A stretch of 64,000 nt of DNA from Hyaloraphidium curvatum SAG 235-1 (GCA_025558095.1 JAIVFI010000023.1:62001-126000); one strand, 5' to 3'. Counted from the first letter of the stretch, positions 19,812 to 32,049 are shown. Numbers and translations: made by a program. Notes: a model not told the origin generated them from the sequence alone.

Positions 19812-21149
19812 TCACAACTTCGCCTTCTCCCTCTCCTTCTCCGTCCCCTGTTCCTCGCCCTCTTGCATGAGCAGCCCCTCGCCCTTCTTGGTCCCCGCCG
19901 CCTCGTCCCACGCGCGGGGCCGCCTGCCGAGCGCGAACTCGGGCGCGACCGTGTCCTGCGAAGTTTTGCGGGTAAGCCGCAATCCAGCGCGGCGCGCGAA
20001 TGGTACCCACGCTCCCGAACGTCATCTCCTCGACCGTCTCGGGCTTCACAAGCGCCTTCTCCGCCAGCGTGGGAGGTGAGAAGTACCCAAGGCCGAAGTC
20101 AGATTGGCCGTAGCCGACCAGTTCCTGGATGTCGATGTCGAGGTTCTTGGCGATGTGGGGCGGCACTGCGCGGGGCGGCCCGGTGTGAGACACAGCAATA
20201 AGAGACCGGGCCACCTGCACTACCCACCAGAAAGGTACTGGTTCTCCTCGCTCCTCAACCATCCCAGGGAGAAGCTCACGTGCATCCCCATCCTCCACTC
20301 GTCCTTGGTCACGTTGGCCCCGCCGCCGTGCAGGGTCGAGCCGAGGTAGATGACGCACGAACCCTTGGGCATAACCGCCTTGCGGACGTCGCGGAACTCG
20401 GGGTCGGGGAGGCACTCGGCGAGGGGGCGGTGGTGCGTGCGGGGGATGACCACGGTGGCGCCGTTGGTCGAGGTGAAGTCGGACAGGGCCCACTGGAGAG
20501 ACGAATGGGCGTCGGGGCAAGATTGTGCGGCAATACGAGGTCAACCCACCATGGAAGCGACCATGGGCTCAATGGGGTCGGGGAGGAAGGGTCCCCATGC
20601 GGCCCGATCCCGATGGATGGCCTGGGCGGGGCTCCCGGGGCCAATCTTGATGATCTGGCCGACATGCAGCTTGAAACATGGCATTACGTGAGAACGGGGA
20701 GGACGCTGTCGGATGAGGGGACCCACTTGGTAGCGCTTGGCGGAGCCCGAGGCCAGAACTGTGGTACATCCGATGCGACGTGGTCAGGACTCACGGCCCT
20801 GACCTTCTGGCGTCCGATACCCACGATGCTCGTCCGCAGCCGCCCTGAGGTGTTTGCACCGCAGCACGGCCCGGTTGAAGGCGGGCGACCTCGCCGGCAG
20901 CGCCCCGCACCGGACCGTGTTGAGCCCCGCAAACTCGTTCGTCGCTGTCCTTGTGGCGTCAAGGTACGGCTCCATCTCCTTGACGATGGCGTCGGCGTCG
21001 GCGGCCGATATCGCGTGTTCGACGATGACGCAGCCGTCCTCGCGGAGGATGGCGAGGGCCGCGGCGAGCGACGAGGGCTGCCGGCCGTCGACGCGGCGGA
21101 CGTCGGGGAACGTCGGCGCCGATGGCGCAATCTCCGTGGCGGTCTGCAT
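19812..21149 (-). CDS. Phytanoyl-CoA dioxygenase (PhyH) family, predicted peroxisomal
   Basis: EDGCVIV, AQAIHRD, NGATVVIP, LHGGGAN, WLRSEENQYL; spliced last exon ends -AKL. Confidence 0.88.
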
Positions 21150-21383
21150 CGCGGCTTGGGGTGGGAGACGGGAGACGGAACGGAAGCAAGGAGATAGAGT
21201 CGGCAGGGCGCAAGTCCCTTGGGGTTTGGCGCCCGGTGCGATCGGCGCCGATCAGTATAGGGAAAGTGGAGCCGCCGCGGAACCGAACGACGGATCAGTG
21301 CGGCCAAAGCGGTAGCACATCCGCGGACGAAGGCGCAGCCCTGGGGCTCTTTTCATGTTCTTGATCAACAGAGTGGTCTAGTC

Positions 21384-21824
21384 CTACAACCTATCCGACC
21401 ACCACGCCTCCGACTGCTTCATCCGAGCCAGCCTACCGATGTCGACTTTGAGCACAGCGATTCGGTCCTCCAGCGCCGTGACCCGGGAGTCCATCTCCGC
21501 CGCGCGCCCTTTCAGCTCCGTCAGTTCGTCCAGGGTAATGGGGACCACCAGCGTCCCCTCCTCGTCCGCGAAGACGTCCACTTCGCGCTTGAGCTCCGCC
21601 GTGTCTCGAACCAGTTCGTCCTTGCAACGCTCGATGAAATTCTTCTCTATGGTGACGGCGCGGAGGCGTCGGACCAGCGCCTCGTCGGCGGCGGCGCGGA
21701 GCGGACGGCAGGTGCAACCCAGTCGGCACGCTTCACGGTCCGGGAGGAAGCGGAGGAGGTGGAGGAGGAGCTCCGGTAGTAGCGATTCGAAACCTGGCGG
21801 TAGGGTATCGCGGTGGCCTTTCAT
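21384..21824 (-). CDS. Small F-box + coiled-coil protein
   Basis: LLPELLLHLLRFLPDREACRLGCTCR followed by a heptad helix. Confidence 0.75.
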   Translation of the reverse strand: MKGHRDTLPPGFESLLPELLLHLLRFLPDREACRLGCTCRPLRAAADEALVRRLRAVTIEKNFIERCKDELVRDTAELKREVDVFADEEGTLVVPITLDELTELKGRAAEMDSRVTALEDRIAVLKVDIGRLARMKQSEAWWSDRL

Positions 21825-22243
21825 CGCGTTCGTTTTCGGGGGGTCGATGGCGGTGACGCGGCGGTCGCGGAACTTGATCCTCCCACGGCGTATACACCCA
21901 TTTCCAGTTGTTTAATTCCGCGCATCTATGAAACGCTGGGGCTCAATGGCCGCTTTTTCGGATAGCAGAAGATGTTGCGGTTTTGCGCCACGCGCGATTG
22001 AACCGGGATGCCGCAGACGATTAAACTCCGCTGCGCTCCGGCGCGGCGTACCCTGCTCCGTTGTAGCCTAATGGTTTCTTGCGGCATCCAACACTGCGCT
22101 AGCAAGTTTTGCAGGTCGACATGCACCTGCAGAGCACCTGCTCGCCGCCGAAATGAGGAACCGGCACAGCCTGGCCGTACGCCTTGGCCGCCGATCCCCC
22201 CCACAGCCCGCGTTCCTGGCCGCCTAAAAAGCTACTCCAAACG

Positions 22244-25200
22244 ATGTTCCACACCGGCGCTAGCCTCCTGGCTCTGCTACTGTTGCTGGCCCAATCGGCC
22301 CCAACAGTGACCGCTGCACGGGGAACGGCATGGGCCGCGGGGCAGCCCTGCTGCGCCGGTTGCTCCTACGCAAATGCAGTCGGCTGCTGCTGGTTGGTTG
22401 GCGCGCACCCGACTTGAGCCCGATCCGGAGCTTGACTCGTACCGGTTTGCCTGCCGCAGCCCGCGCCTCCGGCCCCGCACCGTTGTCGTCAGGCGCACAC
22501 AAGCTGTCACCCGCTTTACCACGCGCACGGTCCGCCGCACGCTCACCGTCTTCGCCTCCGCCGACTCGCCTCCCCGCCCTGCGCGCCTTTTCGGGCGCGA
22601 TTCGTCTGCCGAGACCCGGTCGCCCGCGTGGGAGACGGGGCCGGAGTATGACCTTTCCGACCCACCCGTCGCCGACATTGCCTGGGATTCCCCTCAAGAT
22701 GAACGTCGATCGGACCTATCTCACCTCCTCGTGCCGCGGCACGCGTGTCCCCCTTGCCCCCGGGGCGCGCGGGTTGGTCCGTCTTCCGCGAGCGGCAGAC
22801 CGTGCTGCCCCGCCCGCCACACCGTGACTCGGACCTCCACCGTGCGGCAGACGAGGGTGCGAACCAGGACAAGGACGGCCGTGGTGACTCTGACCGTGTT
22901 GAGGGCCGCGGGGCAGGAGATCAGGGGCTTCCTGTTCACGGACCTGGACGGGGATGGCCGATTCGACCCCGGTTCCGACTCGGCCCGGCCTGGCGACGCC
23001 CTCGCCCTCTTTCTACTTTCCCCCGGCAAGGCGCTCGCGGCCCGGAATGCCGTCATCGGCGAGACTATTACCGACGCCGCGGGCCGCTTCGCCTTCCGCA
23101 CCTCACTCGGACCAGGCGCGACTGTGGGCATCGCGCGCGCCGCGGCCACTTTGACGGTGCTCTGGAACGCCACGGTTGCCGAGGATGGGACGCTGCCGGG
23201 CACCGATGGCATGGTGGAGGTCGGGGTGGCCCCGGATTCCTCGACAACCCGCGCAGGCACGACGATATCTACCGCTTCGAGTCTTGCCGGGCAACGCTCA
23301 ACGACGGGCGCGACGAACCACGCGTCGTTGACGACATCCGTCAGCGAGACGTCTACATTGGTTTTCGCCACCAGCAACAGCTTTACGTCGGCCTCCACGA
23401 GCGCGACCCTGACATCGTCTTCCTCCAGCGCGACGGCCGTCTCCTCGACCCCGAGCGAGAGCCCCACACCGTCGGCGAGCAGCGAGACCGCCACGCCGTC
23501 CAGCACCAGCGCCAGCCAGACCCCGCCGACGACCAGCGACAGCCTCACCTTGTCCTCATCGAGCGAAACCCCATCTTTGTCGACGACCTCGAGCGAGACA
23601 GTCACGTTGTCGACCACCAGCGAGACCGCTACTCCTTCGAGCTCGAGCGAGACCCCTACTTCGTCTACGAGCAGCGAGAGCTGCACGCTGTCGAGCACAA
23701 GCGACAGCCCCACCACGTCGACAACCAGCGCCAGCCCAACTTCGTCATCCGCCAGCGAGACTCTGACCTCGTCGACCTCGAGCGACAGTGCGACCTCTTC
23801 GGCCACGCCCAGCGAGAGCTGGACGGCTACGTCCACCAGCGAGACCTTGTCGCCGTCGACAACAAGCGAGAGCGTGACCCTTTCGAGCACCAGCCTGACC
23901 TCATCGACTGCAAGCGATAGTCTGACCTCGTCGACCACCAGCAAGACGGCGACTTCTTCGACGAGCAGCGAGACTCCAACGTCGTCCGCGACCGTGAGTT
24001 CCCCTCCCGCGCGGTTATTACCCCGCCCTGAAGTGGGCGACACCGCAGGCCACGCCCTCCTACGTGGGCGGCTTCCCCGTCGTCATCGGCTCCCCCAACC
24101 GCCACGAGTTCATCTCCTCGATCGCCGTCGCCCCCGACGGCGGTGTCGTCTTCGGCTCCGTCTCCCACACCGTGCCCGTCGAGATTCCTCCGACCGAGTT
24201 CCGCGTCGGCGCCCGCACCTTCCTCGGCCCCGGCTACGTCGGCAACGCGACGCTCCCCGAGCTGCTCCGCGCGGTCGGCAGGCTTTCTCCCGCCGGGGTG
24301 CCCCTCTGGCTCGCCGATCTCACCCTCGCCGTCGACGAAGTCACGCCGGGGGAGCTGTCCGTGGCCGCGGACCCGCACGGCAACGTCCTCGCGACGCGGA
24401 TCTACGACGAATACGGCGCCCTCGCGCGCAGCTTCTACGAACGGCTGGACGGCGCGGCCGGGACGATGGCGGCGTTCCGCACCTTTGATGGCTTCCTTGT
24501 CAGGGCCGCCCGCCCGCACCCGTCCGGCCGGACGGTGATGTGCGGCGTCGCGCGGGGCCCCGGGGGCGCGGTGGAGGCGTTCGCGTTCCTGTGGGACTCG
24601 GGCGCGGAGGGGACCGCGTGGTTCGCGTTCCCCCAAGGGGACGGCCTAGAGATGGTGTCGTCGCAGGGTTGTGCGGCGGACGGGGACGGCAACATCCTTC
24701 TTGCGATCACTTCGGCTTCCAGCTCTCTGGTGTTCAACTCTTCGGCGACCCTGACACGGCCGGCCGGCGCCGATCAGGCCACGTACGTGGCCAAGTACTC
24801 CCCAGATGGGGCATTCCTCTGGGCAACCATGCTTGACCCCGCGGCCAACGCCTACGGCGGAGTGCTGGACGCGGCCCTCGTTGCCGCCGATCCCTCGGGC
24901 AACTCGTACGCCTTCGGCACCTTCTTCCCCTCGGACCCGGGCAACTTCGAGGTGCCCGAGGCGATGGGATGCTACCTCGTCGCCCTGGACCCCGCGGGAG
25001 GCGTGCAGTGGCGGCTCACCCTCCCGGCGGGGATGTGGCAATCTTCGGTCGGCCTGGGATGCAACGTGCTCGCGGTCTCCCCGTCGTCGTACGTGTACGT
25101 CGGGGGCGCCGCGGGGACGTCGTTTGCGTTCGGCCCGGATACGGTGGGGGAGGCCCAGGCGTGGGTGGGCAGGCTGACGCCGGGCGGGGTGCCGCTCAAC

Positions 25201-25401
25201 GCGGTGGTGGGGGGCAACATCTCCGATCAGCTGGTTCCCGGGTGCGCGGAGGTGGGCCCGGGCGGCGACCTTTACGTCGCGGGCACTTTCTCGGGCTCGC
25301 CCGTGTTCGCGGGCGCCCCGCTGCCCAACGTCGGGAGCGGCGAGCTCCGGGACGGTTTCGTGGCCAAGTTCGATGCGGAGCTCAACCTGCTCACGTCGTG
25401 A
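22244..25401 (+). CDS. Secreted Ser/Thr-rich protein with SdrD-B-like domain and C-terminal beta-propeller repeats
   Basis: Signal peptide, Cys-rich N-terminus, GFLFTDLDGDG...TDAAGRFAF, S/T stalk, intron near 23994-24048, repeats such as YVAKYSPDG..LW and DGFVAKFD. Confidence 0.7.
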
Positions 25402-25545
25402 TTGTGTGTTGTTTCGTGCACATAGTACACCTCATGGCCTTTTTGTCCCGATCGTTGTGCGTGAGCCTCTTCTCGACGCGACCACACGGGTGAGAAAGAG
25501 GCTGCCGACCGGCCTCTCAGGACAGCGGTGCCAACCGGTGCCCCG

Positions 25546-27543
25546 TCACACCACCACCGCCTCCCCCTCCCCCTCCCCCTCGTCCCTCTCCATCATCCCC
25601 ATCCCTATCGCCATCCCCCGATCGTACTCCTCCACCCCCCACGTGGTCCCCCTGTGCACGGGCCCGAAGCTCACCGACCGCCCCCCCTTTTTGCGCGGGG
25701 GCGACTGCGCGCGGCGGAGGGCGGGCCGGGCGGCGATGCGGGGCAGGGAGGAGCGCCGCGGCCGGGCGGGCGGGGGCGCGCCGTCCCACGGCGTCCCGCG
25801 ATCGGGCACGGCGGCCGGTTCCGGCGCGGGGATCCACGCCGGGGCGGAGCCGGGGCCCTGCAGCACCGCATCGGCAAAGTACACCGCGGCGCCCTCCGCC
25901 GCGTCGTCCTTGCCGTCCCCGGGCAAGCCCTCGGGAACGGGGGCGGCGATCATCGGCCTCGGCGCCGCCAACCCCGCCGCCCGGACCTCCCCCGCGAACT
26001 TGGCCGCCAGCCGCGCGGGCTGCAGGCCGAACGCCGCCGCGTAGCGGTCCAGCGCCGCGGCGACCGCCAGGACGTCCTCGCCCGCGGCGCGGGAACCGGC
26101 GGCGCGCTCGGCGAGCAGGACGCGGCCGACGAGGAACGCCGGGGAGGCGAGGACGTGGTTCCCGAACTCCAGATCGGGGTCGTCGGAGAGCTGGTGCCGG
26201 AGGATGCGGGCGTACCGCGCGCACCGCTCGGCCGCGGCCCCGTTCAGGCCGGCAAACAAGAGCGCCTCGACCGTCAGGGCCTCGGCAAATAGGATCATCT
26301 GCAGTGCCGAGTGTGCGTAGGCCCGGTGCGGGAACCACGCCGCGCGGAGCAGCGGGCGGGGGTCGCCACGCGCCAGCGCCTTGCCCGGGCCCGGGGGCAG
26401 CGAGGAAAAGGTGACGTCCGCGAGGGACGCCAGTCTCGCCGCCGCCGCCCGTACCCGCGCGGGGGACCCGCCGGGATCGCGCGCGGGGAAGCGGCACCGC
26501 AGGTGGCGGGCAAAATTGGCCAGGTGCGCGAGGGAGAGCACCGAGGCGCCGCGGGAGGGGCCGGCGGAGGCGAGGAGGGAGGCGGTGCGGAGGGCGTCCG
26601 ACCAGGGCTTGCCGCCGAAGGGGATCGCCGGGGGCTCGGAGGCGCGGATGGCGGAAAAGGCGGCGTCAGGATCGGGGCTGTCGAACAGGGATTCGGAGAC
26701 GGGGAGGGGGAATTCGCCGCCCTCGAAGTAGTTCCCGAAGGTCGGCTTCCCCGAGTGGAAAGCCACGCCCAGGTCGAAACTCGCGACGTAGATCCTCACT
26801 CGCAGCACGAGCTCCATGTGAATCCACTCGTCCGCGGTCTTGGGCGCCTCCGCCGGCAGGTCCCTGTATAGCCGCTCCGCCGCGACAGCACACCGCCGCA
26901 GCACGACAAACAACCTCGCCGGGAGGTCCGCCACGAGCAGCACGTTGGCCAGCAGCGCCAGCGTCTGCACGGCCTCGACGTCCTCCCTGTCCCGCGCCAG
27001 GAGCAGCGTCCTGGCCCGCTCGCAGCACCACCGCCCGAACGCGAGCCGCTCTGCTTCGCTCCGCCCTGGCAGCGCGCGGGCGCCGAGTGCCGCGGCGGCG
27101 TAGGCGAGCGCCAGCGGCTGCTGCGTCCCGTAGGCGGTCGGCAGCCCGCGGAAGGCGCGCTCGAACGAGGCGCGGTGCACGATCGGGAATGGGGCGTGTG
27201 CGTGCCGCCAGAAGGCCGCCACGGCGGGCAGCAGCAGGTCCGAGTCTGCCGGCGGGGCGGCCCCGGGGAACGGGTCGATCGGGGAGGGCGGGGGAAAGAG
27301 GGCCGCGAGGTGCTGCCGGACGTCCCCCGCGGCGTCGCCGGGCGGCCCGCCGCGGCGCCGCCGTGCCGCGGCAACCAGAAAGTCCAGCAGCGGGATGTCG
27401 GTCCCCTGCAGCTTCGGGCTCGCCGGGCGGGCGACCAGCGTGCCGGTGCCGCCGACGGGCGGCGTCCCGGACTCGTGGGCGGCCCCCGCGTGCCCGTCTG
27501 CCGCGCCGGCCCCGCCCTCCCGGGCCCAAACAGCGGCCGCCAT
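25546..27543 (-). CDS. Fungal-specific transcription factor domain protein (no Zn2Cys6 seen)
   Basis: FWRHAHAPFPIVHRASF, LAYAAAALGA, EAVQTLALL, ELVLRVR...D. Confidence 0.72.
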   Translation of the reverse strand: MAAAVWAREGGAGAADGHAGAAHESGTPPVGGTGTLVARPASPKLQGTDIPLLDFLVAAARRRRGGPPGDAAGDVRQHLAALFPPPSPIDPFPGAAPPADSDLLLPAVAAFWRHAHAPFPIVHRASFERAFRGLPTAYGTQQPLALAYAAAALGARALPGRSEAERLAFGRWCCERARTLLLARDREDVEAVQTLALLANVLLVADLPARLFVVLRRCAVAAERLYRDLPAEAPKTADEWIHMELVLRVRIYVASFDLGVAFHSGKPTFGNYFEGGEFPLPVSESLFDSPDPDAAFSAIRASEPPAIPFGGKPWSDALRTASLLASAGPSRGASVLSLAHLANFARHLRCRFPARDPGGSPARVRAAAARLASLADVTFSSLPPGPGKALARGDPRPLLRAAWFPHRAYAHSALQMILFAEALTVEALLFAGLNGAAAERCARYARILRHQLSDDPDLEFGNHVLASPAFLVGRVLLAERAAGSRAAGEDVLAVAAALDRYAAAFGLQPARLAAKFAGEVRAAGLAAPRPMIAAPVPEGLPGDGKDDAAEGAAVYFADAVLQGPGSAPAWIPAPEPAAVPDRGTPWDGAPPPARPRRSSLPRIAARPALRRAQSPPRKKGGRSVSFGPVHRGTTWGVEEYDRGMAIGMGMMERDEGEGEGEAVVV

Positions 27544-27984
27544 GTTAACCGCGCGCCGCCCCGGGTGTGCGCAGGGCCGCCGATGAAGGCGCGCCGCGCC
27601 GCGTGCTGCCGATTCCCTCGCCCCGCCTGGCTGGGTTCCAGAATTCCAGATCGCCGGGGACGGCTCGGCGTTCCAGATCGTCGGCCATCGGGCGCCGCAC
27701 TCCCGACACTCCGAGGTCGCTTCTGTGCCCAAAAGTGCTTGCTTTCCTTCTTCCGTGATCCAGCATGTCAAAGGTCCCCGCGATGCAAGCGCACGTTGGT
27801 GCACCGACCCGCCGAAGAGGCGTCCTCGGGCCGAGGCAATCGACCTCAATTGTGACAGCTGCTCTCATGCACGGAATCGCTCTTGCGCGGTCAGCTTCGC
27901 CCGCCCCGCCTCCGGCCCGAATGAACCTCCTTGTTCAAGCGCGTGCTTCAAGAATAGAGTCGGCGCCAGGGGCTTCCTCAGAGC

Positions 27985-28428
27985 TCATCCGAGGCGAAAG
28001 CGACGGGCCTTGCGGACCTCGAGGCACCGGTACGCGGTCACCAGCTGCCCAGCCAACCCGTTCATCTCCCTGAGAACGGCTTCCAGTTCGTCCAGGACCG
28101 CTCTCTGCTCGTCCAGGGCCGCTTCGTACGCCGACATGTCCGCGGGGCCGCCCGTCTCCGCGGCTCCCTTGGCGGCCGCCACCCCGCGCTCGGCGAGCAA
28201 CAGCTCGCCCCGGATCCACGCGTAATTCCGGTCGGCCTTTGCGCGGCCGTCTTTCAGCTGCGCCATCCGCCTTTCCCGGGCGAGGTCCGCGGCGGGGAGC
28301 AGCGCGCGGCAGGATCCGGCGAAGCGGCACGCGTCCGCGTCCGGCACGAAGTCGACGAGGCGGACGAGGAGCTCGGGCAGCAAAGAGGGGAGCGAGGGGA
28401 TGGCGGTGGCTGTTGTCTGCGGGTCCAT
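27985..28428 (-). CDS. Small F-box + coiled-coil protein
   Basis: LLPELLVRLVDFVPDADACRFAGSCRAL. Confidence 0.75.
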   Translation of the reverse strand: MDPQTTATAIPSLPSLLPELLVRLVDFVPDADACRFAGSCRALLPAADLARERRMAQLKDGRAKADRNYAWIRGELLLAERGVAAAKGAAETGGPADMSAYEAALDEQRAVLDELEAVLREMNGLAGQLVTAYRCLEVRKARRFRLG

Positions 28429-28539
28429 CCTGTCGTGGCAGACGGAGTGTTGCAGGTGAAGCCCGGGAGCGGCACGTCAGCGATCGTGGTCGCACGCCAA
28501 GCTTCACAAACGCACTTGCACTCTGCTCCAGTTGCTGCC

Positions 28540-29205
28540 ATGGCCGCCTCCGACATTCCCCGCCTCCCGACCGACATTTTCGGAGCGCTCGCCGAGGTCC
28601 TCGCGGGGTGCGGCCTCAAGAAGACGCTGCTCGAGCTCTCCCTAGCGGACCACGAAACGCGCGCGCTGGCCCTCCCGGCTCTCATGCGGAGGGTGGACAT
28701 CACGGAACGCAACATCCGGCGCGCCGAGAAGCGCTTCGCTGAGGGAATGTCGGGCACCGACCTGGTCCGCGAGATCGTGGTCAGGGGTCCGACCCCGCGC
28801 AGCCTGAAGAAGATCCTGAGCCCCTGCGGCAACCTCTCCCTGCTCCGTTTCGAGGCCCAGTTCGACGTGTGGGGTGCAGCTGTCGTGGTCGATGCTCTGA
28901 TGGAGGCCTGCCGGGCCGGCACGGACTGGGGGGCTCTCCGCGTGTAGATCCGGACGGACGAACCGGAGGCAGTCCTCCTGCTCGCCACCGGAAAGCCGGG
29001 GAGCGCGGGGACCACCATTGCCATCGCCTCCGACAAGATGCTCCGCGGAGCCGATGTTCGGAGCGGCATCCAAATGATGACCTTCGCGATGATCCCCGTG
29101 GGCGTGCAGCCTGGACATCAAGCCAGAGTCGAAATCCGCGCATCCATGGACGCCGAAGCCCGCGAGGCACTCCGAGCGCTCCCGAGGGTGACTGTCATTG
29201 ACTGA
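28540..29205 (+). pseudogene. F-box-like hypothetical protein with one in-frame TAG
   Basis: Paralog of 19021; TAG at 28945 corresponds to GAG in the paralog, and homology continues in frame to TGA at 29205. Confidence 0.65.
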
Positions 29206-29279
29206 GCTAGGACGGGTGCAAGAGGCTATATCGAATGGTCATTTTTCAAAGCAGGAACCACATGTCGCGCGAGCCCGTC

Positions 29280-29997
29280 CTAAGCGATTCCTTCGGCCAC
29301 GTCGCCGCCGCCTCCTGCCTGATCTTCCGGGACGTCGATCGCCGGGCTTTCGAGCACAAGGCTCCTCAGCTTCGCGACATCCGCCCTGCTGACTCCCTCC
29401 TCCACAACCGGCGACCTCCAAAAGTCCATCCTCCTCCAGCATGCGCCGCGGCCCGTCCGGACCGTTGGCACAGCCCGCTTCCAGGAAGAGTTCGCACGTC
29501 CAGTTCCAGGCCGGGCCGCGAGGCTCGCATTCGCCCGAGCACCTCGGGGAGCAGCGGCGCGACGGTGCTGAGGCCCTGTACATGCCTCTACGTGGCCGCC
29601 TCTCGCTGAGCGACGACGGTCCGACTGGCCAAACTAGCCGAAGCCTGCAACAAGTCTTTCAACCACCTCCTGCTCAATCCTTTCACGATCGGGAAGCGCG
29701 CTTGTATCTCCAAAGCATCCATGCGCCGTTCGAGCGCCTCCCACCGCCCGTCGATCTCGACCATCCGGCGCTGGGCCGCGTCAATGGCTTCCTGTTCGAC
29801 CGGGACTCCGGCCAGCAGGAGTGCTTTGATCCGCTGGGACTCATCCTGCGCTTCCTTGGTATCCGGCAAAAGTTGCTCCCGGCACCACACGAGCGCCACG
29901 GTCTCTGCGCAGACCGCCCGGGCCCGCCGGACCAGCGCCTCTTCGGCAGCTGGGCGGAGCGCGCGGCAGGTGCGCCCCAGGCGGCACGCTTCGCGGT
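29280..29997 (-). pseudogene. 5'-truncated F-box + coiled-coil gene
   Basis: REACRLGRTCRALRPAAEEALVRR matches the 21384 gene but lacks the LPELL start. Confidence 0.65.
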
Positions 29998-32049
29998 TCA
30001 CTGATCGCTACCATCGGGACCGTCCTCCGATCCTTCCCCAGACGACGACTCGTCGTCGCCCGACACGGACACCCCCTCGTCTGACTGATCTTCCTCCCCG
30101 GACGAATCTCCGCTGCCGGAAGACCCGTCGTCTACCTGATCCCCGCTCCCCGAGCCCTCGTCGTCCTTCCCGTCCATGGTCGTGGACGGTGGCGAACGGC
30201 CCCCCGACGGCGCAGCGCCCTGGCCGCCCGTGGCCGCGTTGCCGCCGGTCCTCGGCCCACCCCCGTTCCCCGTCGCACCCGTGGCCGCGTTCCCGCCGCC
30301 TACCGCAACCCTGTTCCTTGCGGGCAGCGGCGGCTCCGGGATCGCCCCGTAGGCTTTCTCGTCCGCGTCCTCTCCCCGCGAGTACGTCGCCTCGTCGGCT
30401 CGCGGCAGCTGCTTGTAGATCCCGCAGCTGCTCGTCCCGGCGGCGCAGCAGGTGACCGCCCAGTAGCTCGGCGTGTTGCCGCCGGTCTGCGTCCCGGGGT
30501 CGAAACGGTTGTGCACGACGACGAAGCACTGTCCGAAGGCCTCGGAGATGTCGGCGAACTGCAGGTTGGCGAAGCGGGGGCAGAGGGCTCCGGCGTTCTG
30601 GCCCTGCTGCGGCCCGACCCGGGTCTTTTCGAAGGTCGAAATGCACGTGGTGCCCGGCTGCCGGCCCAGCTTCGGGATCCAGTCGTAAAAACTCACCATG
30701 TTGATCATGTTGGTCGGGGTTCTGGAGAACGGGTTGACGGGCCGGGCGTTGAAGAGCTGCTGGCCCCGTGCACGGTAGACCTGAGCTGCGCCGGGTGCGG
30801 AAGTGGTGACGACAAAGGTCTTTGCGTTGAAGTCGTCCGCCAGGTAGAGCGCCGCCATCTGGGCCATGAAGCCACCCAGACTGTGCCCGCAGAGGTACAC
30901 CTCGGCCTTGGGGGCGCCCCGCAGGACCGGGGCAACGAAATCCGATAGGAACTCGCGGAGGAAACGCATGTAGTCGTCCGAGGTGGCGAGGGCGGCCCGG
31001 CCGAACTTGAGCGCGGCCTTCAGGACCGGGGAAAGAGCATACTTGCCCTCGTGCAACGCCCGGAAGCGCTCCTTGAATGCGTCCTGGAGCAGTTCCAGGT
31101 CGGCCTGGTACTCCGCCGTCGACTCGGTGCCGCGGATTGACACGACCACCCCGTTGGGGGACTGCTCCGAGTTGCCCGTCAGGTACGCCGAGATGCGCAT
31201 CCTGTCGCCGACGCGGAACACGTGCACTCTGTTGTTGTAGACGGCGTTGTTGGCTGCGGTAAACTTGTAGCTCGGGCCGACGGCGCGTTCGTAGATCCTC
31301 TTCTTTTGCTTCGTCCACTTCTTGGCCTGCTTCACCACCGCGGAATAACGGATCTCTTCGCACGCGTGATAGGCCTTAGTGCCCTTGAAGAGGGTGCTGG
31401 GCAGCGCGTCCATCATGTGCTCGTGGTCATACCCGGCGTTGGACCTGACGGTGACCTTCCGGAGCCACTCCCCGGCCTTCCGAAAGTACTGCATCACTCC
31501 GGTCACGTCCGTGCACAGCACCATCGTGTGCGTGTCTCCTGGGTACAGGCTTTCGGCCTTGACCGCGAGCCTGACGCAGCGCATCGGCGAGTTGGGGTTG
31601 GCACGCAGATGCGCCTTCTTGGCGGCCTCGGCAAAGTCCAGCGCGGGCTCGAACTCGACCAGCGCGAGGTTCGACCAGGAGATGACGAGGGCGGGTCCGG
31701 TTTGCCGCGCCCCGCCCGCGAGGCGGTGGAACCGCACCATGCCGCCCTGCAGAACCAGCTTGCCCGATCCACGCCCCCCCGCATCGAGCTGGAAACCCGG
31801 GACCTTCCCGGCGACGCGCTCGACGGCCACGGGCTGGAGGGGGAACGCTTCGCGGAAGCCCGGCGAGGCGTGGTCGACGATGGAGGGCACCCAGCTCAGA
31901 AGGGTGGCCGCGTCGGCGCGGGAGAGGAGCATCGCGGCGCAGGCCAGCCCGAGCAGCGTCCGCGGCGTAAACCAGGGCGCCGCATTGCGCGGAGCCGGGC
32001 CGAGGAGGCCCCGAGGCCCGAGCCGGGGCGTCGCATCGCCCAGAACCAT
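29998..32049 (-). CDS. Secreted class-3 lipase-like alpha/beta hydrolase
   Basis: Hydrophobic leader, VVSIRGT, CGHSLGG nucleophile elbow, YDWIP; acidic/Gly tail; intronless. Confidence 0.82.
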   Translation of the reverse strand: MVLGDATPRLGPRGLLGPAPRNAAPWFTPRTLLGLACAAMLLSRADAATLLSWVPSIVDHASPGFREAFPLQPVAVERVAGKVPGFQLDAGGRGSGKLVLQGGMVRFHRLAGGARQTGPALVISWSNLALVEFEPALDFAEAAKKAHLRANPNSPMRCVRLAVKAESLYPGDTHTMVLCTDVTGVMQYFRKAGEWLRKVTVRSNAGYDHEHMMDALPSTLFKGTKAYHACEEIRYSAVVKQAKKWTKQKKRIYERAVGPSYKFTAANNAVYNNRVHVFRVGDRMRISAYLTGNSEQSPNGVVVSIRGTESTAEYQADLELLQDAFKERFRALHEGKYALSPVLKAALKFGRAALATSDDYMRFLREFLSDFVAPVLRGAPKAEVYLCGHSLGGFMAQMAALYLADDFNAKTFVVTTSAPGAAQVYRARGQQLFNARPVNPFSRTPTNMINMVSFYDWIPKLGRQPGTTCISTFEKTRVGPQQGQNAGALCPRFANLQFADISEAFGQCFVVVHNRFDPGTQTGGNTPSYWAVTCCAAGTSSCGIYKQLPRADEATYSRGEDADEKAYGAIPEPPLPARNRVAVGGGNAATGATGNGGGPRTGGNAATGGQGAAPSGGRSPPSTTMDGKDDEGSGSGDQVDDGSSGSGDSSGEEDQSDEGVSVSGDDESSSGEGSEDGPDGSDQ

